DNA of 64,000 nt, taken from the NCBI GenBank assembly GCA_964016885.1, contig OZ024743.1:347882001-347946000 (forward strand), given 5' to 3'. Made by a program: the position numbers and the translations under genes. A model generated the notes under the pieces. That model was not told the DNA's origin. It made no database searches and saw only the letters and a list, made by a program, of their open reading frames with translations. This document shows positions 27,495-39,255 of this stretch, piece by piece. Every line of letters starts with the position of its first letter. Positions within the stretch are counted from its first letter, which is position 1. The DNA comes from Eledone cirrhosa (lineage: Eukaryota).

Positions 27495-29286
27495 TTACCT
27501 TACTTCTCGTAGAGGAAGGATGATTTTACCATCCTTCTCACTGCTTGTGGCCTCCTCCGGAAGGATGTCCTTATAAATCCTCCTGGAGGGCGCTTGTCGG
27601 AAGTCTCCGATGTCCTTGGGGAATTTTTGTTTTAGTGTCGTGTACATTTTCTGTGTGATGCGAGTGATTTGTATGTGTGGAGGTGGTGTGAACTTTTGGG
27701 GTGTTGCGTAGTCTTTTTCTGTGATGCTGGTGTTGTGTTGGATGTAGTGTAATAAATGGTTGTTGTTCAAATGTAATGTTCTGTAGTGTGTATCGTTTTG
27801 GTTGATTTGTTTTGTTTGCGTTTGTTGTGGGTTTGTTTCTGTTGCGCTTTTTGGTGACTTTTGTGTTGTTGGTGATGGTGATGGTGTTGGTGTTTGTGGT
27901 GATGGGGCTGGTGATGCAGGTGGGGATGGTGGCATGGCTGTCCTAACTTTTTTTTTTGTTAGTTTATTTGTTTCCCCCTGTATTTTGTTTTTTGGAGGGG
28001 AAAGGAAGTGTTTTTTTTCTTTTTGGGTTCCTTTTACTTTTTTCTTTTTCCCTGATACAGTTTCCCACTCCTCGTCGTCACAATCTGTCTCCAGTTGCGA
28101 TAGGTCGGGGAGTGGAAAATCCTCCACAGGCGTTGGTTTTGGTTGTGGCGTGGTGGATAGTGGAGGCGCTGGTGCTAGTTCTGGCGTGATGGGTGGTGGT
28201 GGTGTTGGTTTTGCTACTGTTGCTGGGGTTGTTGCTGTTACAGTTACTTCTGTTGTTGCTGCTACAGTTGTTGCTGCCAATTCTGCTGCTGGTGGTGTTG
28301 ATGGTTGAGTCACTGGGGTGGGTAAGAGAGGTGGTCTCACCTATCTAGCCTGAGGGCAGAAAGCCTCTAGGTGGGTTCTTTCACCACAAACAACACACCT
28401 AGGCCTTCTACCCTCAACGATTACGGTGAGGTGGCTGCTGTCAGTGAGGTCTATTACCTCTGGGATTTCCTCAATGTTTTTTGGTCCGCTTGGATCAGGA
28501 GCTCCGTCCCAGATCCGGACCAGTTCTCCTCCTTTTCTTTTGTTACCTCAATTATTTTCGTGTTGGCCTCGATGCTAGCGAGGGCGGCAGCCATTAGTCA
28601 GGGAATTAAGATGGCCGGTGGAACGTGGGTCATCCTGAACTTCACGAGTCTCTGGCCACAATACCTTGGGACGAGTGTGAAGTCGTTGCTTCTTAATAGG
28701 GCCACGGAGGGCTGTCTGGATTCCTGTGGTGTTCCAAAGAACACGTCCACTGTTCCATATTTCTGAACATGTCTGATGTAGGTTTTTTCGCCCACACTTG
28801 TACCAAAGCTTTTTGTATTTGGGACTCGGATGCCCGTTCCACTCGGCGTGATTTTGTGTTTATCGTCCGATAAGACACGGTGCATAGGCGCCGATGGTCC
28901 ATTTTAGTAGGTGTGTGTGGGGGGGAGGGGGGGGCTGATTCTGTACCCAACTTTTTTACCATTGTTTTGGCTTCATTTAATTCATACTGGCTTACCTCGA
29001 TTTTTTCGCTTTTCTTGGCTACTTTGTCAAACGACACATTTTGTTTTGCGGCGTTGATGTTGTTATTCTCATTGTTGTTGTTGTTATTATTATTTTTAGT
29101 TTCAGTTGTGGTGGAGGTGGTGTTGGTGTCAGTGGTGTTAGGCGTGGAAGAGTCGATTCTGGGTGAATCCATTTTGATGTCACGAGATAATAATTTTTTG
29201 GGGGGGATTTCTGTTGCTGGTGGTGGTGGTGGTATCAGTGGTGTTCGTTGTTGCTTTTGACATTGTGCTGGTGGCGGCTTTAACAA
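27495..29286 (-). pseudogene. Tx1-like ORF1 (gag-like, CCHC knuckle, Pro/Thr-rich), disrupted
   Basis: CVVCGERTHLEAFC (CX2CX4HX4C) at ~28355-28398, followed by an in-frame TAG; lies directly upstream of ORF2. Confidence 0.72.
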
Positions 29287-29685
29287 CTGCAGTTATTGGT
29301 AATGGCGGGAAATCCATGTCTTTATGCGGCAATTCTAAATAATTCAAAATGCTATTAATTATATTTTCAGTGTTGGGAACCGTAGCAAGGCTTACGATGA
29401 TGTTGGTGTTGGTGGTGGTGTGTAGGGGGGTGTTGGTCTCTTAAAAACATAAAATTTGTCGTCCATGTTTTTTTTTGCAAAGAAATATTTTGTTTGATAA
29501 ATAAAAAGTTTAACTTTCGGGCTCAAGGCCTCAATATTTTGTGTGTCCTTTTCAGAAAGCAATATATGTGAACTTATAAACACTTAACAACAAACATTTT
29601 CCATAACTGGCAATTTGAAACAACTGAAAACAACAAACCTTTGCGGAGCTGACGATTTCCTACGTAGGTCGCCAATAATAATAAT

Positions 29686-29741
<56 letters not shown>

Positions 29742-29745
<4 letters not shown>

Positions 29746-30223
29746 CCGAAAAATAGATGCAAATAGACCTGATATAATACTGAAGGACTTTAAAAAGAGG
29801 GTATGCCTGCTAATTGATATGTCCGTTCCAATAGACAAGAATGTATCTATAAAAACATTTCAAAAATTGAGCAAGTATAAGGACCTGGAGATGGAAATTG
29901 GAAAAATGTGGAAATTGAGAACTAAAACAATACCAGTGGTTGTAGGCGCTCTAGGAATGATACCTAGGGGGTCTAATGATTACTTATCGCAAATCTCAGG
30001 AAACCCGCGTATAGGAGAAATACAAAAGATTGTACTAATGGGAACTGCCCATATACTAAGGAAGATTCTGTCAATATAAGTACATCACAAATCAAAACAC
30101 CTAAAGATGCATGTGTGAGTTTGTATTCTCTTTCTTGAACATGGCGGACCTTGTTGTCTCTTGAGGTCACTGGTTGTGACTTGGTGATAACACGTATGAA
30201 CATAAAGCAAGATAAATGCAGCT

Positions 30224-30224
<1 letters not shown>
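29742..30224 (+). mobile_element. 5'-truncated R4/Dong-clade non-LTR element (restriction-like endonuclease end) in (TAA)n
   Basis: NRPDIILKD..CLLIDMSVP..KLSKYKDL..PVVVGALG..ILRKIL (stop at 30079); flanked on both sides by TAA repeats, the known Dong target. Confidence 0.85.
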
Positions 30225-30288
<64 letters not shown>

Positions 30289-30356
30289 AAGAAGAAGACG
30301 AAGAAGAAGAAGAAGAAGAAGAAGAAGAAGAAGAAGAAGAAAGAGAAGAAGAAGAA

Positions 30357-30392
<36 letters not shown>

Positions 30393-30764
30393 AAAGAGGA
30401 GGATTGAAGAACGATTAAATTACTAAAGTACTAGATTCTATGAGATATATAGGAATGTCTCGGAGAAAATTCGCCAAAAAAGCGGAAAACTGTGACTAAA
30501 AAATTTGAAAAGGCGAGAGGGAAAGAAAGACAGAGAGATAGATATACAGGCAGAGCAAGAAAGAATCAGAGACAGTGGAGTAGAAATAGTATAAGAAGCA
30601 AGAGAAAAGAAATACAGTGTTACAGAACCGTTAAGAACGTGACATAAAATCTAATTCCTCTGGCTAAATCATGTTCTGGGTCGTAAAATTAATAACTTAT
30701 TTCATGTCGTAATTCTTCAATTTATATGGGGGTGGGGTTAGCTGAGCTGTGTGTGTGTGTATTC

Positions 30765-30872
<108 letters not shown>

Positions 30873-30944
30873 TACACACACACACAGCTCATCTACCCCC
30901 CCCCCCCCCCATATAAATATATGTATATATATATATATATAAAT

Positions 30945-31043
<99 letters not shown>

Positions 31044-31171
31044 CACACGCACACAGACACATATATATATATTTATCATAGAAATACAACCGTAGAGGCT
31101 GTGATAGATAGATCTTCCTCTGCATCTACATATTTATTCATCTGTCAATGCATATAAATATATATATATAT

Positions 31172-31492
31172 ATATTGTTATACTTGGGGAGGATCATATT
31201 GTTGTAATAATATTGCCATAAATAATAACAGAACTTTCTTAGACTATATATATGTGTTTATATCTATATTATATCTGTAATTTTGACCGTTGGTCAGTCA
31301 ATGATAAACATTGCGGACCTGATGAATTAACTGTGGAGATATAACAGATACCGGAGTGAAAACCAACCAAACAGTGATTGTGTTCTGTTATTATTTCAGG
31401 CAATACTATTACAACAATATGACCCTCCCCGAGTATAACAATATTTGTTTCGACACACGATTTCATATCAAAAGTCTCGCAAAACAAACAAA
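31172..31492 (+). repeat. Fold-back element (arms 31172-31234 / 31382-31444 + tail) in (TA)n with degenerate hammerhead core
   Basis: gttatacttggggaggatcatattgttgtaata mirrored; CTGATGA...GAAA at 31319-31361. Confidence 0.65.
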
Positions 31493-31823
31493 TATATATA
31501 TATATATATATAAAACATATTGTATGATGGCTAAGAGATGTGTGTTACGATTTTGAACAATACTTCTTTAATTTGTACTCTCATTATCGCGTCCGTGAAG
31601 ATGCACACGCACAAACTCACACACACACTCACACACACACACACCCACACATACACACACAGATACACACACACACAAATAATTCGAAATAAATATATCT
31701 ATTGCAGAACATATTTATACGAGAGTGTTACAGAAGCACCAATAATTATATTTTGTAATACATATGACCAGGCTGGAAATAATCAGTGCTTAAAATTATT
31801 GTATTATTATTAATTATGCCAAT

Positions 31824-32003
31824 GGGTACCGAGCGAACCCTGGGTGGTAATCCCCCCTATTGGGAAATTTTTCTTGTATTTTTATTGTTACCTTGTTATT
31901 TTTATTCATATTTGTTTACTCGATTTTTCTGTAAAACACCACTGTACCAGTCATTTGTATTGTCACCTACATGTCGGCCCTTGTGGCCAATAAATGAAAT
32001 CAT
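31824..32003 (+). mobile_element. Tx1-like LINE 3' UTR fragment with TSD
   Basis: Resembles the 3' ends at ~20150-20280 and 24170-24500; flanked by attattaattatgccaat. Confidence 0.7.
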
Positions 32004-32041
32004 TATTAATTATGCCAATTAATAATGATTAAGTTCACCGA

Positions 32042-32232
32042 GGGCGGTGAATTGGCAGTATCAGTAGAGGGTCGGACGCCATGCTTTCCAGTATAGTTAC
32101 GTCCCTTTACGGACTGAGTTCAAATCTCGCCGAGGTTAACTTTGCCTTTCGTCCTTACGGGGTCGATAAAATAAAGTACCAGTAATACACTGGTGTAATT
32201 GCTGGCCTTGTGACAAATGTAGAAACAATTAT
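32042..32232 (+). mobile_element. tRNA-SINE family 1
   Basis: Full-length match to the other copies. Confidence 0.85.
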
Positions 32233-32377
32233 TAATTATGCCAATTTAGCTGTTTCAAACCTTAAAGCAAAACTATACTAATTAAAAAAGATTTAAATTA
32301 AACAGGATAATTATCAAATAAAAATTGTGATCTAATTTCTTTTTATATATCTTTATTACTATACGCCCCTTTGGGGT

Positions 32378-32493
32378 CTGAGATCAAATCCTGCCGAGGT
32401 TAACTTTCTTTCATCCTTACGAGGTCGATAAAATAAAGTACCAGTAATACACTGGCATAATTGCTGGCCTTCTGCCAATAGTAGAAACAATTA
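32378..32493 (+). mobile_element. tRNA-SINE family 1, 5'-truncated
   Basis: B box through tail. Confidence 0.75.
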
Positions 32494-32889
32494 TTTTATA
32501 TATATTTTTATATATTTTTCATATATATCTTTTTCAGTACAACAACATATAAGAGTTCCAAATTGCAAATTATCTCGGATGTGTTGCTAAGTTAAACAAA
32601 TGATATTACGCTGGAAGAAACGAGACACCATATGATTTTAAGCGTCAAGTTGACAGCAAATAGTTTGAAATATGAGGTCTAGAAATAGCACATTAACTCC
32701 TTCAAGTGGACCAGCTCAACCAACTAATCGAGCAATAAGTAAAGCAGGCATAAATAATTCGAAATATCACAGATCGCATGCATAAAGAAGGAAAATATAT
32801 TCCATTTTAATTATATTTGTAAAGCAACAATTAATTTGTCTATAAACATGCCTCGTGTGCATGTATATATTATATCTATATGTAAAATA

Positions 32890-32933
<44 letters not shown>

Positions 32934-33034
32934 GTGCATGCATACATACATACATTCAAACATGCATACATGCATACATATAACCATACACACACACACA
33001 ACACGCGCACACACGAACATATATATATATATAT

Positions 33035-33096
<62 letters not shown>

Positions 33097-33447
33097 CTCG
33101 ATAGATAGATGGATAATGATATTTTGGGAGGGAGCGTTAAGCTGCCTATATAAATATTTGCCCTTAGCTTTCCCTTAAAATAGAAACGCCGTCCCATGAT
33201 AATTAAAAAGATATGTATGGGAACACAGATTTACTAATTAGACGCAATAGAAAGCAGAATCGATAGAGTTGTGAACAATCGTCACGTCGCACTAGGATGG
33301 CGAAAGTGGAATAACAAGAGATGCATCACAGCCGTCGGAGAAACAACACCATGTTTTCGGCCGGCCCCCCTCTATCACGAAGAGAACATTTTTTTTCGGG
33401 GAAATTATTGGATTCACCAATAGTTTCAATGATTATTTTAAGTTTTG

Positions 33448-33505
33448 CTGTCTGAAGAGCTCAGGCTATCATAACTGATAGTCCTCAGTGAAATATGTAT
33501 AATGG
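33448..33505 (+). ncRNA. Hammerhead-like motif
   Basis: ctgt-CTGAAGA-gct c aggctatca taac tgatagtcct c agt-GAAA-tatgta-TA|atgg. Confidence 0.6.
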
Positions 33506-33605
33506 AGTTTCAGATAAAGCTGAATCAACGGAATATGGTTTCCAATATTTCCTTTATATGGTAAGTGTATTGGACTTGCGATCATAATGTCGTGAATTCG
33601 ATTCC

Positions 33606-34470
33606 ACGGATATATGCTATAAACACACAGACACCCATCAATATCTGAATTTTAAGTCGTGCCATCCACCTCATACAAAACGTAACATCCCATACTGCCT
33701 AGCCAGAAGATTTTGTACCATTGTAGAAGATACAAATACCAGGAACAAACGCTTAACAGAACTGAGAGAATTTTTGCTCAAACAAAAATACCCATCTCTA
33801 CTTATAGAAAATGGCATACAGCGGGCTATAAAAATACCTATACAACAACCTAGGACAACCCAAGGAAGAAGAAACCAAAAACTGGTCATACCATTTATAA
33901 TGACACACAACCCATGTCACCAGAATATCTTCAACACTGCCAAAGCAACCTACCGATCATTGCTCAAAGTAATGAATTAAAAGGTTTAATCAGAGACCCA
34001 TCTTTGACTCTTAGTAAAATACAGCCGAAAAATTTGAAGCAATTACTAACAAAAGCAAAATTTGACCTCAACAACAAAGACCAATCATTCACTTATCTAA
34101 ATTTAATAATAGTCGATGTGGCACATGTCAATACATACACACCAGTCAATATATGAACACACAAACTGGAAAAATATTACCAAATGAAAATATGAACTGC
34201 AAAAGCAGAAATCTAATTTACTACATTAAACGCTCGAATTGTGAAGAACAATATGTCAGTCAAACTGAAAATCCACTATCGGAACGTGTACGGGTGCACC
34301 GACAGCAAATCAGAGACCCAAATGTCCGTCAGATACCCCTAGCATCATGTGGTCAGAAAATATTTATAATATTTCCATTCTACAAATTACACAGCCCAAG
34401 TGAAATCAAGAGAAATATTAAAGAAAATAATGTTATTGATAAATTCCAACCCAAGCTAAATGAACAATAA
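33606..34470 (+). pseudogene. Canonical Penelope-type PLE 3' part (RT thumb + GIY-YIG), frameshifted
   Basis: YKHTDTHQYLNFKSCHPPHTKRNIPY, QKYP, NCKSRNLIYYI..C.EQYVSQT..LSERVRVHRQQI, FQPKLN. Confidence 0.82.
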
Positions 34471-34851
34471 TAATGCTTAGTGGTATTACTCCTACTAGGA
34501 CTACGCCTACGACCATTTCGACTACCACCACTAACAACAACAATAATAATAATAAAATTAATATTGATGGTGATAATTATTGGAGATTTTTTTATAAAAA
34601 CCCTAAAAAATGCTATTTTCATCATTTCTAAAAATGGCAAAACAATTCAAATAGAAGTCGTTAGACATGCTCAACCAAATGTGACACCTAAACCAATCAG
34701 CTTTAGTAATCTAGTGAAACTACACTCCGATTGGTCGAAATACGGTTAGCAAACTTAGCATTCTGTAGCCCCTTTTTACTGTATATAAGGCACAGAATGT
34801 ACTCATCTCATTACAGTTCAAAATTGCAAACTTGACTGTCACCACTGAATA

Positions 34852-34890
34852 TGAACCTGAAGATTGCGAAAGCATGAAAGTAATTGTTCA
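34852..34890 (+). ncRNA. Minimal hammerhead in the 3' pLTR of the Penelope fragment
   Basis: tgaac-CTGAAGA-ttgcgaaagcat-GAAA-gtaa-TT|gttca. Confidence 0.65.
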
Positions 34891-35061
34891 ATTAACACTT
34901 AACATTTAATACTCTACCATACTATTTTATTATAATATCATTAACATTTTAAAGGATTGTAAATAAAATGAGTAAATCAGGCAAAGTTGGAATTCCTTTT
35001 ATTAATATAATCTTCTATACACAATCATACACACCCGTATATATATATATATATATATGTG

Positions 35062-35152
<91 letters not shown>

Positions 35153-35153
35153 A

Positions 35154-35242
<89 letters not shown>

Positions 35243-36073
35243 AGAGAGAGAGAGAGAGATAGAGATGCATATATGTTTGTGTGTGTGTGCGTTTGTGTCT
35301 GCGTGTTCGTTTGTTTGTGCGCGTCTGTGTGTATGTCTGTGTGTGTGTGTTCGTGCGCATCTGTGTGTGTTTGGCCTCGTTTTAGAATTTATTTATTTAC
35401 ATGTTGGAAATCCCACTCTCCAATTCACCAAACACACAAGTGGAGGAGACCATTATAATTGACATTACTTTCCAAATCATTTCAACTTGATTCACGATAT
35501 TCTGAAAAATAGACAGTGCAATCCGTGTATACACTCACTAAAGAGCTACACCGACGTATACGCATTACAACTCATCAATATAGTTTTCAACATTTGCATT
35601 TTTTATTAGTACGTTTTATTTTTAGTCATTCTTCCTTCATTCAGGATTACATACACCACCTGTTAACTCTCCAACTCTAATAAATAACCAACAATATAGT
35701 AAGTACATTCGATCTGAGGAAACATGATGTCATTCAAATTGAGAGAGAGACAGACAGAGAAAGACAGACAAAGAGGAATAGAGAGGCACACAGAGAAGGA
35801 GATATAGACAGATAGACAGGCTAGAGATAAGTATGGATAAGTAAATAAAAATCTAGACTGGTAGCTTGGCAGAGGTCAAGAGAGAAATTGATAATTTTGA
35901 TGCGAGGATGATTACCACTAAGATATCCAATGAGAAACAACGAGCATAAGTTTTAATTATGATGAGGATGTGTAGAGTAAAAAAACTGATTAAATATTGT
36001 TTTTTTACTTTATATATATGTGTGTGTGTGTATATACATATATACATACACGTATCATGATTAAATATATATG

Positions 36074-36146
<73 letters not shown>

Positions 36147-36147
36147 G

Positions 36148-36181
<34 letters not shown>

Positions 36182-36187
36182 CATATA

Positions 36188-36266
<79 letters not shown>

Positions 36267-36297
36267 CTTGTGTATTTCCATGTGTGTAAGTGTGTAG

Positions 36298-36332
<35 letters not shown>

Positions 36333-36707
36333 TTGTGTGTGTGTATATATATATATGTACATATTCGCAATTACAAGAGTATGTGCTTGTGTGTATATGT
36401 GTTTAAGAGTGTTTGTGTACAGATATATAGTAATCACATATATAAGCATGTGCACATTAATTATTGTCGAACACATTTGCCTTAAGGCATCATACACTCT
36501 ATATTTTGCGAATATATGTGTGATTCTATTTTATATTAGAACGAACTGAGATATGTATAGACTGCTTACGCAATTATTTCATTTTTCGTATAGTTATATA
36601 AGGAGAAAAAATGTAGGAAGGTCTATGTGATGATTATGCATAAAACGAAACACATACCCACGAATCTATGCACTCACTCACACCTTTCTGTCTTTCACTC
36701 TCCCCCC

Positions 36708-36757
<50 letters not shown>

Positions 36758-37062
36758 GTGTGTTTGTGTGGGTATTTAATCAGAGAGTGAACAACAAAAT
36801 ATATATAAATACTCCATTGCCCAAGGTTACATTTATATTATGTTGTTCAGTTTCTAATTAAATAGCTCTGTTCTATACATAGAGCTCTCTTTTTTCCTTT
36901 GCTTCTTCTTCGGAAATACGTAACACACACACACACACACACGCACATTTATATATATATATATATATATAGTGGTAGAACACTGGAAGGTAATATCCGT
37001 AGTGGTAGAGCACTCAGTCCATGGTCGAGTTAGGTAGAAGTGGTTACACAACAGTTAATTCA

Positions 37063-37112
37063 CCATACTGAGAACAATTGTTTCACCTTAGCGGATCCTC
37101 AGCTAGCAATGG
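37063..37112 (-). ncRNA. Minimal hammerhead, family C
   Basis: CTGAGGA-tccgctaaggt-GAAA-caattg-TT|ctcagtatgg; bulged stem I. Confidence 0.62.
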
Positions 37113-37274
37113 CCATGGTTATACGGAACAGGAAGGGCAACCGTACGAACGCGCATGTGCAGAAACGATCACTTCACACAGGCAATACTAAATTGCGTGC
37201 GAGAGGTGTAAAGGAGATAACTGCGAAAGTCCGAAAGTTTCTATTTGATAAGAAAATTAGGATGTTGCTGTAAT

Positions 37275-37549
37275 TCAATCCGGAGATTTGTACTTATCTA
37301 AGAGGTGTTTCCAGACGTGTGGACAACGTGTGAAGAATTCATTCTTGTGTTTAGGCAATCACTATTGCTTAATCTCTTTAGAATATTTATTCGTTCATCA
37401 ATACATAGTCCACACGGCGGATTGCTCCTTGCGTATGGCTTGGACTTAGTTATGGATTTCCATTGAATGGAGTAGTCTATACTTGAGTCCTTGAGGGACC
37501 ATACGTGGCTTACGAGTTTCTTGGATGAACGTCTGTCCGGGTACCTAAA
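37275..37549 (-). pseudogene. C-terminal GIY-YIG fragment of PLE family C
   Basis: FRYPDRRSSKKLVSHVWSLKDSSIDYSIQWKSI..PY..PCGLCIDER..CLNTR/EFFTRCPH, homologous to the ends of ORFs A and B; one frameshift. Confidence 0.8.
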
Positions 37550-37658
37550 GTTATCTCACTTACACCTCTCGCACGCAATTTAGTATTGCCTGTGTGAAGT
37601 GATCGTTTCTGCGCATGCGCGTTCGTACGGTTGCCCTTCCTGTTCCGTATAACCATGG

Positions 37659-37708
37659 CCATTGCTAGCTGAGGATCCGCTAAGGTGAAACAATTGTTCT
37701 CGGTATGG
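37659..37708 (+). ncRNA. Minimal hammerhead, family C inverted arm
   Basis: Mirror of 37063-37112. Confidence 0.6.
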
Positions 37709-37731
37709 TGAGCTAACGGTTGTGTAACCAC

Positions 37732-37812
<81 letters not shown>

Positions 37813-37917
37813 GTTAGATAGTTAGTTAGATAGATGGTTTTATTGATATATAGATATATATAAAGAGAGAAGCAGGTGGATACTGAGAGGTACAGATGGA
37901 TTGTATAATTTAACATT

Positions 37918-38100
37918 TGGATTGGCAGTATCGGTAGAGGGTCGGACGCCATGCCTTCCAGCATAGTTACGTCCGTTTATGGTCTGCGTCAAATCTCACC
38001 GTGGTTAACTTTGCCTTTCATCCTTACGGGGTCGATAAAATAAAGTACCAGTAATGTACTTGTGAATTGCTGGCCTTGTGCCAAAAGTGGAAACAATTAT
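37918..38100 (+). mobile_element. tRNA-SINE family 1
   Basis: Match to the other copies. Confidence 0.85.
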
Positions 38101-38184
38101 AAGGTTTTGTAGGTATGTACGCATAAATACATATATATATTGGTATATAATATAAGATCAAAAGATGGTTAAAGGAGTTCCATA

Positions 38185-38255
38185 TATTTTATTATGCGCA
38201 TTTCAAAAACAAACATCATCAAGCAATAATATTTGTGTTTTCATCAGATAAAACA
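38185..38255 (-). ncRNA. Minimal hammerhead, family B left arm
   Basis: Mirror of 44135-44205. Confidence 0.8.
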
Positions 38256-39255
38256 GGAGAACATGATATGAAGGCTAAAAAAACACTTGTTGATAGTGCA
38301 GTTTTAAATCAACATATGAAAAGTGGTTTTAGATTGATGTGTGATATTGGGAAAAATATTTTATTTAGAGAGGGGGGGGGGGAGAAGGATGAAAAGGGAA
38401 GGAGATGAGAGGGAGAGATGGGTGATAGAGAGAAAGAGATAGTTTTTATAACTGAGAGGAGATATATTTTTTACATAGAGGGGTTGAAAACCGTTGGAAG
38501 ATACTGTATAAATTAAAAATTTTGAAAATTAACGAAGGGAGGATATGTGCGAGGAAAAAATATTTTATTTAGGGAGGGTGGGGTGGAAAGGATGAAAAAA
38601 AAAGGGGGGGAGGAGATGAGAGTGAAGGTGGAGAGGGAGAGATGGGTGATAGAGAGAAAGAGATAGTTTTTATAACTGAGAAAAAGATATATTGTTTTAA
38701 TATAGAGAGGTTGGGAACCGTTGGAAGATAATGTATAAATTAAAGGAATTTGAAAATTAACGAAGGGAAATTATGTATGAAGATAGAGAGAAAAAAATAA
38801 TAATTGTGGGTGAATATTCTAACGTCAAAAGAAGAAATGTATGTATTGTGGCAATTTCAAAATTAGCGAAGAGAAAAATTGTTAAGGTAGAAGGATTTGA
38901 GAAGTGTAGAAGGATTTGAGAAAAATAATGTGAAGTTAAAGTTTGTATATTGAATTGATATGTATTAATAATGAGTTCGTTGATGGGGAGAAAAAAATAA
39001 TAATAAATTAAGGATGAAATTGAGATTAAAAAGATTTATGATAGAGAGAAAAAAAATAATAATGATTGCGGATGAATATTCAAAATGTCAAAAACAAATG
39101 TTATTATTTTACGAGAAGATAGAATGAGGGTAATGAGTAAACAAGTATTATAGAGTGTATAATGCCCTTTAAAGTAAGGTAGATGGGTATATTTTAAAGA
39201 GGTGTATGTATATGTGCCTTTGAGAAAAGATTCTAAATTGATAAAGAATTGAATA

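Larger units (their letters stand above)
24340..29290 (-). mobile_element. Near full-length decayed L1/Tx1-clade LINE copy 2
   Basis: ORF1 and ORF2 fragments in the expected order; 3' UTR ends in (TAT)n. Confidence 0.85.
36970..37736 (-). mobile_element. PLE family C truncated fold-back insertion (tail 36970-37034, arms 37035-37221 / 37550-37736) in (TA)n
   Basis: Inverted arms with hammerheads; spacer encodes a GIY-YIG C-terminus. Confidence 0.85.

Noticed and set aside
27802-29260. Gly/Val-rich plus-strand ORFs
   Set aside because: Antisense of the Pro/Thr-rich Tx1 ORF1.
30151-30426. Poly-N/K/M ORF
   Set aside because: Compound (AAT)(AAG)(ATG) trinucleotide repeat.
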